Shown here in pieces: positions 25,480-38,451 of a stretch of 64,000 bases of DNA (its first letter is position 1; each line of letters begins with the position of its first letter). Below the pieces are notes generated by a model. That model was given only the letters and a program-made list of their open reading frames with translations, searched no databases and had not been told where the DNA came from. The stretch covers positions 37,262,001-37,326,000 of the forward strand of contig CM114271.1 of NCBI GenBank assembly GCA_050084515.1, given 5' to 3'. The position numbers and the translations under genes are program-made. This stretch comes from Blasia pusilla (taxonomy: Eukaryota).

Positions 25480-28047
25480 AATATCTTGTTAAATGCATGG
25501 TTTCTTCTAACCCTCAGCAATTACATCACATGCTTTGAGCTGTACGAGCTCAAGGTCAAAGACGAATGCATGCTAATTTGATAGACCTTCAAGATGGTGG
25601 ATGTCCTTGTGATTCTAATGTTGGCATGGCACTTGCACCTATTAATAAAGCAGTGGCTCCAACGACTACCACTAGAATTAATTACTTTGATTATGAAGAT
25701 AATATGAGGTACTGTTATTATTCTTTATTATTTTTAATATCAAATTTCATATTTTTTCCTATTTTAATGTACTTTGGTATATTGTAAATTTTGCTTTCTT
25801 TCTAGGTTTGTAATAATTATTCCTCATATGCTTCCTCATTCGACAACTATAATCACTCTATCTCCAATTTATTCTTGCAATTTTTTTCCATCGTATTTAA
25901 TTCTTGCATGTTTTCTATTTATCATTATTAATTATCGTATCATAGTGATTTTATTTATAGTAATTTAATTTTGCAATGTTCCACTTCCTCCAAATCCTCA
26001 ATAGTAATAAGATATGTTTCATATCGCCCATATGTAAGGCCAAAAATGCAAGCATGCTAAGTTGCTTGATTACATTGTGGGGTGTGCATTGGTGAAATTT
26101 TGATAAGGATTGATACATTAGAAAATAATACTCATGTTGGGATAGATTTTGCACCAATCGAGGAAGTTCTAGCTCTTATTACTACAACTAGATTTGATGA
26201 CTTGGATCTTGAAGATAATATAAGCTAGAATTTTTAAATATTATATTATGTTATAAACTTGACTTTTTTGTCTATTTTTTACTGCTTGGGTATATTCTAA
26301 AATTTGGTTTTATTTCAAACCAATGATAACTACATTTGATGTTGTTGCTCGATTGAGGACTACTATCACTCCATCTCCAAGGTACACTTCTTTTTTACAT
26401 CCTTCATATTTTATTCTTGCATATTTTTTTATAATTGATTGTAATCATCCCATGAATATCACTATATTTTTTAAAATTTTATTTCTTATAGTCTTTTTGT
26501 TCCTTCCAACCCTTGAAAATTACATGATATGTTTCAAGTTGCTCAAGCAAATGGCCAAAGATGGAGGCATGTTGATTTGGGAGACATACATGAAGGTGGC
26601 TCTTTTGGTGATGGTCTAAACATGACTAATATAGATGAAGATAATTATTATGTTGAAATGGAATATCATCAAGTTCACAAGGAGGTAGATGAAGGTCATG
26701 TATCGGGTACCGTCTCAAATGTGGCATCAGAAGGGTGGTGGATTTAACGAAGTAAGTAAAATTGCGCGTAAATATGAGTTTGAAAGGAAACATATCTGAA
26801 TATGTTGGTTGGGAGATCGTATTGATAGTATGAGTGACCATTATATAATTAAATGTATGAATGATATTTTTCCATCTTGCAAAGCCCTATATTTGGAAGT
26901 GTAAGAGAGTAAAATCGTCCACGTCCCAAAGCTCTTCTTTTGGGATGTGTTGTAAGCATGATAAGGTTTAATAACCATATTTCGAGGCTTCACCTCCTTT
27001 TCTATTTAAGCTGATTTGATATGTTACGTCAAATAGTCTTCATTTTTTACATAATGCACGTACCTACAATAACGCACTTCAATAAATGTCCATAGGAGGA
27101 CATGTTATAGAGCATGGTTGAGTTATAGGAAACTTGAGGATTCAAGATAGTATTTATCATGCTAGTAGATCTCTCAATGCAAATATAGGTATTTCTCCAC
27201 AATTTGCAGAAATTTATATTCATGATGATGAGTATCAAATTGAATATAAGAGAACGATCACTAATAGAGATAATGATGAGCAATTGAGGGTTAAGATGTT
27301 GAGGGGATTAAAATATATGTTGCATATCCCGAATCGATATGTCACTCTCTTTCAATATGTGACTATGGATCCATGCAATCATGATTCTCATGTTGTTCTA
27401 AAAGGTAGTAATCAAGGGCTTTATGTGAAATGATATACGTTGCCTATTACTTTGGAGATTGTTGATGTCTCTTCTAGAGACAAAAAAGTGAGCTAAGAGA
27501 AGGACGTGAAATTAGCGTTTGTTTGCATGGAGGAAGATTCAAAACATTTATGACTTGAATGAGACCTAAAAACCATTGCACTTTGTATTGCCCTTTTTGT
27601 ACGATGAAAAAAGTTGGCATCTTGGGATACCTACGTCGTTGGCTGACCGTAGGGGAAATGATATAACAAGAGGGCATCTTGTGATGAACGACAACCATAG
27701 TGAGAATGAGGACAATAATATAGAAGAGGGAATTGAAGAAGAACACCTTCAATGTGGAGAATGACTCATGAGGCACTTTCAAAGTGTATCACATCTCTAC
27801 AATTTACTTCATTCTGACTCCCAATGCGAGCTAATCCTATGGATCATAAAAAGTTTTTGAGGTTTGGTTATCTTACTCAAGAAGATATGGTAGATATGTA
27901 TGCAAGTATTATCATACACCAATTAACTTGGATATGGCTACATCAAAAGGAGTTGAGAGCAGATTTATACCAAGGTGTGAGAAATGCGATGACTCGACAT
28001 GATAATGACAATCAGGCCATAGGGAGGTAAGTCATCTTACCTTCTTG
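25480..28047 (+). mobile_element. Second, more decayed Helitron fragment (N-terminal part of RepHel)
   Basis: PQFAEIYIHDDEYQIE and LHQKELRADLYQGVRNAMTRHD closely parallel ORFs 20837-21586 and 20101-20892. Truncated by a copia fragment. Confidence 0.88.
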
Positions 28048-28488
28048 ATGAAGACACGACAAGATCCACCTTAGGATATGCCTTCTTATTATGCAATGGT
28101 GCTATGAGTCGGAGCACTAAACTTCACAAAGTTGTCGCTTGTTCCTCATCACAGATAGAATACATTGGCATTGGTCATGCAAGAAAGGAATTATTGTGGC
28201 TTTGTTACTTTCTCAACAATATCGAGTTTTCGTGTGAAGGACCAATAATTCTCTATGGAGATAATGAAGGAAGTATTGTACTCTGCAATAATCCAATTTC
28301 TCATGCGAGAACTAAGCATATCAACGTTCGTCGCCACTTCATCAGAAATCTGATGGGGATTAAGATTGAGCTTAGGTTTATTGGGGCTGACGATATGGCA
28401 TCAGATTTCCTCACCAAATCATTGTCATCTATCAAGCATACAAAATGCTCAAGCAAAATAAGCATGATAAAATTTCCCTAAGTGGGAT
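28048..28488 (+). pseudogene. Ty1/copia RNase H 3' end plus polypurine tract
   Basis: LYGDNEGSI, HARTKHINVRRHFIR, ADDMASDFLTKSL, then aagtgggat and TGTTAG (likely LTR start at 28489). Confidence 0.9.
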
Positions 28489-28637
28489 TGTTAGGATATC
28501 ATATAAAATTGTCTACAATTCTAAATCTTTCCTCCATTTTTATTTAGTTTTAACTATTGTTTGTTCTACAAACTATGGTTGTAAGTTCACCACGGTTACA
28601 ATTCTCTTAGTTTAGTTAGATTACTAGTTATCTATTA

Positions 28638-28740
<103 letters not shown>

Positions 28741-31700
28741 TGCAAGATCAAATTGCGTGTGAGTGTCTGCGTTTGTTTTCTTGAAAATCAGGAAATTCAT
28801 GCGTAAGGAAGCCGGCGGTTTCCTTGGATGAATCTCTCGACGCCGATGCTCTGCTTGGACCACGGAACTCTGGAGGCGGAAACCGCTCAAGGGCCACACG
28901 ATTGATATTCCCGTAGAAGAGTGAATCCAATGCGAAAGTTCCAGGTTATATCACGGAGTCCAGGTAGGAGTAGATGAACATCGTCCGGGAGGACCTCTTC
29001 CGCGACCGCCCGAGATAGGATTGAAGCGATGCCGGATTTTCGCGAAGATCCTCCATGTCATCTGGCATGCTTGAAATGGTGCAATTCTGAAACACCAAGC
29101 GTGTGATTTGGCCCAGATCAGTCCGACCTTGAGCGTCAATACGCTCGACTAAACGTCAGCGCGACCCGATCTCACGAGCAGCTGAGTTTCCAAAAACAAA
29201 GAGGACCGTTCCCAAAATTGTGCACTTGGCTCCAAAGAAGAGGATTCAAGAATTTTGGTGATGTGTACAGGATTCCAATCCAGAGGAATCGAATAGCAAC
29301 GCAATGACGTAAATAAAAGTGAAATCCGTAAAGAGATGAAGCCTACAAAACCTCAACGGTGTTGGTGATCTGCAGGGCACTCATTGAAGCTTCAGAGGAA
29401 AGCCCCACTCCTAATCCATTCTCTTGTCAGATGAGTAACTGTCACAAACCACGGGCATTCTCTCCGACGCTAACAGGCGATCGGATGACGCAATCCCCAC
29501 CACGCCTCTCTACTAGCATAGACGATTGCTTCATTGGATCCAATGGCGGGAGTCAAAGTGTCCATGCAACAAGAGTAGTATGGGGTCATAAATGTGGGCT
29601 TTGCGAGAGGAGGAGTCATTTCACTCCACGATCTATACAAAAGCGGAGCTTCCTAGGGATCGTGAAGTAGGATAGAGTGCGAGACAAATAGCACTGGGGT
29701 GTTTGATGCTTGGGGAAACACCCTCACATCCTGCGCGCGAGGCCTCTTCCCCGAAGATCTCAACTAAACCCGACGCTCGTGGGGAAGGATCTAGTTGTGC
29801 GGCCCATTCTGGACGGATTAGACTCGAGGGAATGGCAAGCCAGCTGCGAGGAGCACCCACATTCGGAAAACAAGTCATGACACTACGGGCGGCCTCATAG
29901 CGAGCGGCAGCAATTCTCTCTTTCTCTCAAATTTGGCTGAAATTTGCACCCGCGCAGAGATTTGGCTCGGGTGGAAGGAGCTGTTCTGACAGAGGCCTCT
30001 TGATGAACAAGAGACGGATCGAGATTTGGTTCTCATAAGAAATTTCCTCCGAGCTTCTGCAAACAATTGAATCAAAGACTCCTCAAAATCTTTGCAGAAA
30101 TCTTCGATTTGGAGATAGGGTCTCGAATTCCATCACCGTCCATCTCGAATCCACAACCATAAGAATCAGGAATCCACAGCCATAAGAATTTTAACTTGAA
30201 ATTCCCTTTGCCCCTTTGTCGCGATTTCACCACCTTGGGCAGAGTTTCACCACCTTCAATGCCTTTTCACCACCTCTTGTGTCACGTTGTTCAGATCCTC
30301 TGACGATAGTGTGAAGACAGCTCCAACTTAGAGAGAGCGCATATTTTATGGGCCATTCTAAATTTCTCTACTCGTCTAGTAAGCTAATAGGTGTCATATT
30401 ACGGCTCGTTAGTTCAAAAGGGTGTGACAACTTTCCGATCAAATAAAATGTTCGTGAAATAGGACCCCTTCAAATATAAGGTTGTCTATTCAAATAGAAG
30501 GTCGTCTAGAATTTTTAACTCTTTCATGAAACGACATCCCCTCCATTTTGGGGGCTTCACTTCTTTGGGGGAGTTACCAAAAGAAGTAACCCCCTCCGAA
30601 CTTTCCCATAGATTTGATTTTTTTTATTTGTTTAAACTTTTTCTTCAAAGCGGCCATTTCAAGATGATTGCTTATGGAGGGCTTCACTTCTTTGGGAAAA
30701 AAAATAACCATAAGAGGTAACCCCCTCCTCCTCGCATTATAGTATAGATTATGGTGGAGATATCAGCTTAGCAATTTCAGAATTGATCCTTGCTTCAAGG
30801 CTTACCTTTAAATGGTTTTCCCATCCCCTTCTATTCTATTTGGTTTCCATCACATCCACAGTTAGGATACAGGATTTTTGCTGATCCAGCGCGTGCTCCT
30901 CATCTCGTGCAACGTGCAGCTACAACACCTTCTTTGTGAACCATTTCCTTGCTCGTCGTGGGTCTAACATTCAAAACTGGCTAGGCAAAGAAAGACATGG
31001 GTTTTTCTTCGAGCAAGCTTAATAGGACAAGCTCGCACGCAAGGAGACCGCGATACCCAAGCACTTAATATTAATAGATTTTTTTGTTTTCAAAGATTCC
31101 TCTTGTCGGTCTGACAACAATCAATGATAAACAACAAGGTCTTCAGAAACGTTCTACAACATGCGTGATCAAACCTTACCTTTAAATGGTTTTCCCATCC
31201 TCTTCTATTCTATTTGGTTTCGATCACATCCAGTGTTAGGATACACGATTGTTGTTGGAGCGAGGATTGGTTGCCTTTTGGATGTGGTTTCATGTGAGAG
31301 ATATGTTGTGGCTGCAGCAGCAGCTCCAATGAGCGATGGCGGGCCTTGTCTTGCTCTCGCTGTTTGGCCTTACTCTCTTGAGGTCGTGGAGCAAACCCAT
31401 TGCACCGCCGGCTTCCTATGAGATAAAAGCTCCACACTCCATTTTATTGAAGGGATGTAGTATGTGGGAAATTCCATTGCATTTCAGTTTGTTCTCCTCT
31501 CATCTCAGCAGTGAAGCCACACTCCATTTTATTTTGAAGGGATTGATTTTCTAAGACCCCTCTAAGCTCGAGAGAGATTCCGTTGGTTTTTTAGCTGCAT
31601 GGTTCGGCATCGGAAGTGGCATTGGGCTTTACTTCAGTTGGTATTCCTCCCATTTCATCCCTGAATCTCTTCCTGGATGGCGCTCTTGGATCAACTCTCT

Positions 31701-34700
31701 CTAATCGGCCTCCGCCATCATGAAAAGGCTAATAGCCTTGATAAAATGTTGACGAACCCTAAGAATGTTCTGATGCTCTCGACGTTCCTCTTCATGTCTA
31801 GATGGCAGTCTTCGATCGGCAAAGGCCAGAGGATGAGCAGTAGCTCGCTCGAGATCGGCATCGCCCATTGGTAGAGCAAGAATTGTGCTCTCAGCGAGGC
31901 TCGATCCTCGCCTACCCGGGCCACACTTGGCGACCTGCAACTCTTACCTAGTAGTGCTACATGTTGTAATACCGGAGGGTTCTTATAAATTTGGATGAAA
32001 ATCTACCACCAGGGATACGCTTTAGATATAGCCTCCTCCTTTGATTTTCGTGTTAATTTTTTTCTCCTCCGAAATTATTTTCAATCAATATTAAAAAATA
32101 AATTTCTGAAATTAATTTCAATTTATATTAAAAATAAATATATTTTATTATATTAAAAAATAAATATATGGTTTGGACATGTTTTTTTTTTTCAATGAAT
32201 ATGGGATTTTTGCCTTCCACACCCAAGTAAGGTATTGTTGAAGAGCAATACATCACGCCCTATCTTTTCCTATGAGGCATGTGGAAAACCTTCCATATAT
32301 ATGCTAATGACACTGCATCCAACAGACACCTTCACATTCAGATTTCAAACATTTATATTTGGGGCTCCCATACAGAAGATTTTTTTTTCAATGATGGCTT
32401 GGATATTTTTTCAAATTCTTGAGATTAAGTAATATATGTATGGTCAAAACAACTTCATTTCCTTGAAACAAAAAGGACCTTTTGATATTATTTTATCATA
32501 GAAGGCTCCTATAAAAGAGATATATTTTTCTTACCGTAAGACTCCTATAATTTTAATAGTCTTATATATGCAATCCATATTCAACTTGAGTTATCCCCAT
32601 TGGTATTCACATTACATGAGTTTCAATCCTTGTCCACTTGCACTCCGCTACTCAACAATATATTACCAAGATTGCAATTGCTATTGGGTGGGCTTGACCC
32701 TGTGAACATGCAACTAAAATTCAATCCTCTACGCCTCTTAAAGGTCCCATGCAACATGCCTAATTTTTGCTTCCAAAATAATACATATAAATTCTTAAGA
32801 CATTCTAGCATGTTGATATACTTACCTCAAAACAACGGCCAAAGATTCAAGACTTGGAACCTTTGCATGCAAAGCTTAATCTAAATCTTCTGTGGCAAGA
32901 TTAGTACGATGTCTATAATAACCTCATAAAGAGATTGTTTGACCCTAGTCTTATGATTTCGTGTACTTGGTAAATGTATCCCTCATTTGCGCAGAAGTGT
33001 ACATGATGTGGAACGCTCATGCGGTGGGGGTTCATGTCATAATTATATTTCCTATGCTATAGTCAATATAGCCATAAGTGGTTACAAACATGAGAGTGCT
33101 ACAAAGAGCAATAATCTTTCCATTGACATCTTCTCGAAGGAGATTACTAGTAAGAGTGTCTACACAATACATTGGCATAAATACATACCTTCAATGTTTT
33201 CCACTTTACAACGCCATCATTGTCAAGGTTGCACACGGACAGAGTCTGTTTCCACGGACTTATTTCAGTCCCTAGGACGGACATATCCATGTTAATATTC
33301 TTACCACATGGAACTATCATCAAGGTTGCACGGAAACAAACAAGTCCGAACTTGCCGCTGGGGAATCCGTGGCCCGCATCAGAGCCCGCCGATCATAGCG
33401 GGCACCCGATCTAGTCGAGTCCGGTCCGGTTTTGTGGCCCACGCAAGGCCTGTAGAGCGGGCCCCTGTTGGGCGGGCTCACGCCACGAGTCCGAGCCTGT
33501 GGGCCTTCAGCTCACCATGCGCGGGCCTGGAGTTCCATATTACTATTCTTACCATATCTCCACCACATCTCCTAATGGCTCCAACATCTCTAAACTCTAC
33601 TCTTCATATCCTCTAACCATGGATGGTGTTAAAGCTCCAATGTTAGTAAAAGTTTTATGGACGCTAGAAGAGATGTAATTTTATAGAAACAAACGTCCAT
33701 GCAACTAAATAACTCACTCTAATCTTAATAAGTATGAATTTACTACTTTAAAAAAAGATTCATTACTTTTGGAATAGAAGTACTAAAATAGGTAGCCCCT
33801 CTCCTCCCTCACCCTTGCCCACGAGATCCTATTTGCACGTAGATTTCACCCCACATATTTTTGAAAGTATGTTGTTGTAGGAAGCGAGGTTTCATTTCTC
33901 TTAATTACTCATTTTATCTTCCCCATTGAAAAATTGAATTTTCTTTAGGTATTATGATTTCACATTACAAACATTCAATCTCCATACTTATTCAAAGGCT
34001 CAATACCATCCAAATTTACTAGAGATTGAAACCATGTGAAATAGCAATGCTATTTTTTTTGCATGAAGAGTGGTGTTTGCCTACATAATGCACGAATTCA
34101 AATTACCTCCCAAAAATAATAGTTTGACTTTCGAAATTATCAAATGCCATTTGGTGACTCATTCACCCCAAATGTTATATGTCTACATTTACAATATAGA
34201 TCCAATCATAATGTAAATGTTCCTTTCACTAGTATTAGTCTATATAGTTTAAAGGTGGGGTGAGAATAAACCAGCCTCAATAGTTGACATCTATCCTTAG
34301 TAAGACACCTTTGTTGACAGTTGTCCTATTGACACATTTTATTGTTAACAAGATATTATTTTAAGACAATTAAGTTAATGAACAACCTCTCACTCGCATC
34401 GCACCTGCGGCGCTCTAGGGATTTAGGTGATGGTTTAGATTTGATTTTAAAAAGTTCCGGCGGTAATCTTCTCCCCTCTTCTCCCCCACCAAGTGTCCCT
34501 CACTCTTCCTGAAATCTTTCAAAGTGTTTCCCATCTTTCATGGTCATGTATTTCCGCCTAGTTTGAGAGTTTTTTTCAACAGCTCATATAATAGAGTGGA
34601 GAACTTCATGTACAAGTTGGATAGAAGAATATATTGCTTAACACTACTCAGTCATTCAAATGGAATACCTAAGGGTCAAGGTAATTCCAAAGATCCGTCA

Positions 34701-37071
34701 TGACACATCCCGTGTAGTACCTTTAATGAAATTTCACCGCATTAGTATCTTTCACAGGACCGCCAAGCATTACTTTGTTTCAAATTGCGATGAAAAAGTT
34801 AAAAGGGCCCTCTGATGGCAACATTCAATCACGGGACAGGTCAATCAGATGCCACAGGGATCCCCAGCTTCGTATGCCAATGTCTTTTAACATATGTTAT
34901 TGACATTCCATCTCGTTGTCTCCCACTGAACCAAAAAATATATTCCCTAGCAGTATTATACCTCTCAAATTCCCACTCCAGAGTGACCCCGGAACAGGTA
35001 CACAAAAATAACCAGTCACTCTCTTGGTAACTGAAGTACTGGGCTTTCACAGTAATAGGTTCTGTGTGAGATCATGGGGATCGGCCCATTTAAGATTTCT
35101 CGGTATTCGACCAACGTGAGATCAGCCCATTTTGGTATTCAACCAACCCGAAGAGCTCAGCGATAGGAAGATTACCGAGCTCCCATTAGAGATCAAGACC
35201 TGCCAAATCAGACAAAATTTAAAGTCTCCCAGACTCCCTGAAGTAGGAGACTCTGCCTAACAAAAGAGCATAGGGAAATCGATGCACTTCATAGCAGAAA
35301 CAACCCTCAGACCTGCAGAAAATATAACTGACAAAATGTCAGGTCGGAATATAGCATAGATACTTCAGGTAGGATTATCCATCAGCAAACGTCTTCTTTA
35401 AAATATTTCTCAGGGCATCCATCAGTCTCACATATATTCCTAACATCCTCCATCGGTACAAAAGTTGTAAGAAGTTATTGTCAAGTAGCTTGACCCCTGA
35501 AGCTGTTGCACAGTACAACTCCTGTTCTATCAGTCAATTCGATACCCTGCTTATTTCCACGTTCTCTTCCCATTGCTTACTGTTTAAAAGGGGACCAAAT
35601 CCAGACGTGATTGCAATCCCAAAAAACAAAACAGCATCTTTCCCACATTCTACAGTTTGCGAATCTCACATCACTGGGTCATCCCTACAGTATAGATCAC
35701 AGAACCCAACAATGGTGAGACGTGATTCCCATGTAAGCAGACATTACTAGTCTTGAAGCTGCTTCATATGTAAATAAACTCCAGTCATAACTTGGGCAAA
35801 AGCCCAATAAACTCTTCCCCTCCAAGCATGAAGCAAAAGTCTATTTACAAGCTCTGAGAGAAGAAGCTGGTGCTGAGAAATAATTAAGGACTCGAAACTT
35901 TGAACGATGCACTCACTATGCATGAGCCTGCAACAATACAAAAAGATACTGGTCCCAAAATTATAATCCTAGCTACCATGGATCCCTTTGGGCCAGCCTT
36001 CCTCGCGAGTATAAAATGTCGCAGCCCCATCCGAGAATTTCAATAAGTAATTGGTTGTTACAACCACATGTGCACCGAACATTCGGCCTCTGTGTTGTGA
36101 CCAAAATATAAAACTCTTCCACAGGTTGAGCACAGATTTCAGCACTTCCGAACAAAACAACCCAGGCAATGTTGAGGTCTTTGGGCATTTTAAAGATTGC
36201 AATACCCTACTGCTTTCCAAGCTCCCCTACTTGAAAATGCTAGCCTTTTCCATTTACTCTTGGCGGAAAGGGGATGTTTTCTCTACATGTTCTCCGCTGA
36301 AAGACCTATCTTGTACTACTTAATCCATGACATTTACAATTGTTGACTTCCTGGTGCTGTCAGCATATGCTGCTGCATCTGCAACTTCAGAAAACCGACC
36401 AAAAAGGATGTCATTATGGCTGACTCGACCCTACACTTGCAAATAGCCAATATGACATTATTATAACACCAAGAATATTAAAAAGCTCAATCGGATTTAA
36501 TCAAACCAGGTTCCACATGGCAGTCCCTAATGTATAGTGAATAACCACAACATAATTCCCTGAGAACAGTTGCAATCTCATACCTGATAGCTGCCAGGCG
36601 CCATCATCTGTGAACAGCAGATCATGACAACCAATCAAGGAAGAGAGTTCTGTTAGATTTAGAAACATGGCTCGATTCATGTATGAAAGCTCCAAAAACT
36701 GTGACTAATTACTCTATCCAAGCAACACAGCATGAAGACGCACCTTCATAGAATGAAAATGCCCTTGCCAGTCTCTCGACAAATAGCCCCATGCAATCCA
36801 CATGTATGTCCTTACTAGCAACAGCCATACTTTTTATTGAAAGACAGCTTAGCCACCAATTGTAAAGAAAGAGAGAACATGAGTGACCTTCAGGCAACTC
36901 GCCACTGATGACTTCCTACTCAGATTTAGAGTTGAAAGACTTCCTCAAGCCTTGCAGCACTGTCAGGCACAGGGTATGCAGTACGCACATCTGAGAGAAA
37001 GCTTGATAAATTTAAGTTCAACCCCATCGAGACGTGGGTGTGGTACATCTTGACAGCATTTAAAGACATAC

Positions 37072-38451
37072 CTGAGGTTGTAAGTAGCCCATCCCTGAGC
37101 TATATACACCTCCAGGACCCATCTGCACATGAGAAAATTTGCAATTGATCATATACAACAACTTTGATCATGTCACATGCAAAGCCTGTCCAAAGAATAA
37201 TGAGAACACTACGACCATTACCTGAACACCAGGAGACATGGGGAGACCCCCTCCCTCCTTCTTCCCAATGTTGGACTCCCCAGGTTTGTTCATAGTCGAG
37301 CCCTTATCACCCTAAGGAGCAGAGGTTTGGAGTCCAACACATCATCCTTCTTATCAGACTTCTCACCAATAACATCATGAAGCAGTAGTAAAAACCACCG
37401 ATACAGGTCTCTCCACTAGAATGAGATACCAGGAACCAGAATAAAGTACATGCTAGACATGCGCTTTAGTAATTTTGACCAGACTAGCAGAAGAGGTAAC
37501 AAAGAAGAGAGGCCACAGAAACTCCTCACCTCGGTCTGTGAAGATAGTATCCAAATATACAAAGCGCCAGAACACATGGACGAAAACAAGCAGAGATTAG
37601 CCCACATTACATGTGAAGAAGTCTGACGTACAAAACAAAATGCTAGAAAATCCCACTGGCACCCTTTTCCGCTCAGATTAAGGGCGTAGGTCGGGCTATG
37701 AAATAGAAGCTAAGACCGTTAAGCTTCCAACCGTCATTCAGCATATTAAACATGTGACCAACGACGACGGTGGCATACCTCTCTGTACTTGTGAAGGTAC
37801 ACCTTCAGCGGCTCCACATAGTCCTCAAACCCTAAGGTGCTCATCGCCCAGAGCAAGTCGTCGCCGTTGATGGTCTTCCTCTTCTCTCGTTGACACTTAT
37901 CACTCGCTCTATTGGCCGGTTTAGGAAACTCAACATGAACATATTGAAACATGGATGCGGCGAATCCAAACGGTCCTTTCCACGGCAAGATTATTTGGCC
38001 ACAAGAAACAGAACACGCTATCATAGAGTACGGACACAAGCCCTAAACAGGAAAAACTTCCTGTAAAATCTCGGCCGTTCATGCTCCTCTGGGACCACTC
38101 AAAGAAATGCTGCAGACTAGCCCAGACAACGGTTCAGACGACGACATGGAGGCTTCGGCCCGGAAGAAAGGGTAGAATAGCAGAGACAGAAGAAACCAGA
38201 CGAAGAAAAAGATACTCGCTCGTAATGAAGCTAATGAACTCGGACACGCACTCTTGCACCGTCTCCTTCGCATCCTTCGCAATCTTGGCGTTGGCAGGAA
38301 GCGCTTTCTTCATTATTCGACTTATGTTCGCAATCGGGAGAAATCGATCCTGCTCCCTGACATTTGAATTGTCTCTGTCTCCGCCACCTTGATTTCCATA
38401 CTCGTCTGAGTGCGAGTTGTCCTGGCTCCCAGGACTCGAAGCTTCCGCCAT
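37072..38451 (-). CDS. NF-YB: Nuclear factor Y subunit B (NF-YB/HAP3, histone-fold transcription factor). Exons 38451-38216, 37908-37779, 37535-37530, 37311-37222, 37122-37072; last coding exon uncertain (candidate 35312-35307)
   Basis: [91 protein letters not shown]. All listed junctions are GT-AG and in frame. Probable 5'UTR intron at 38461-38651. Confidence 0.95.
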
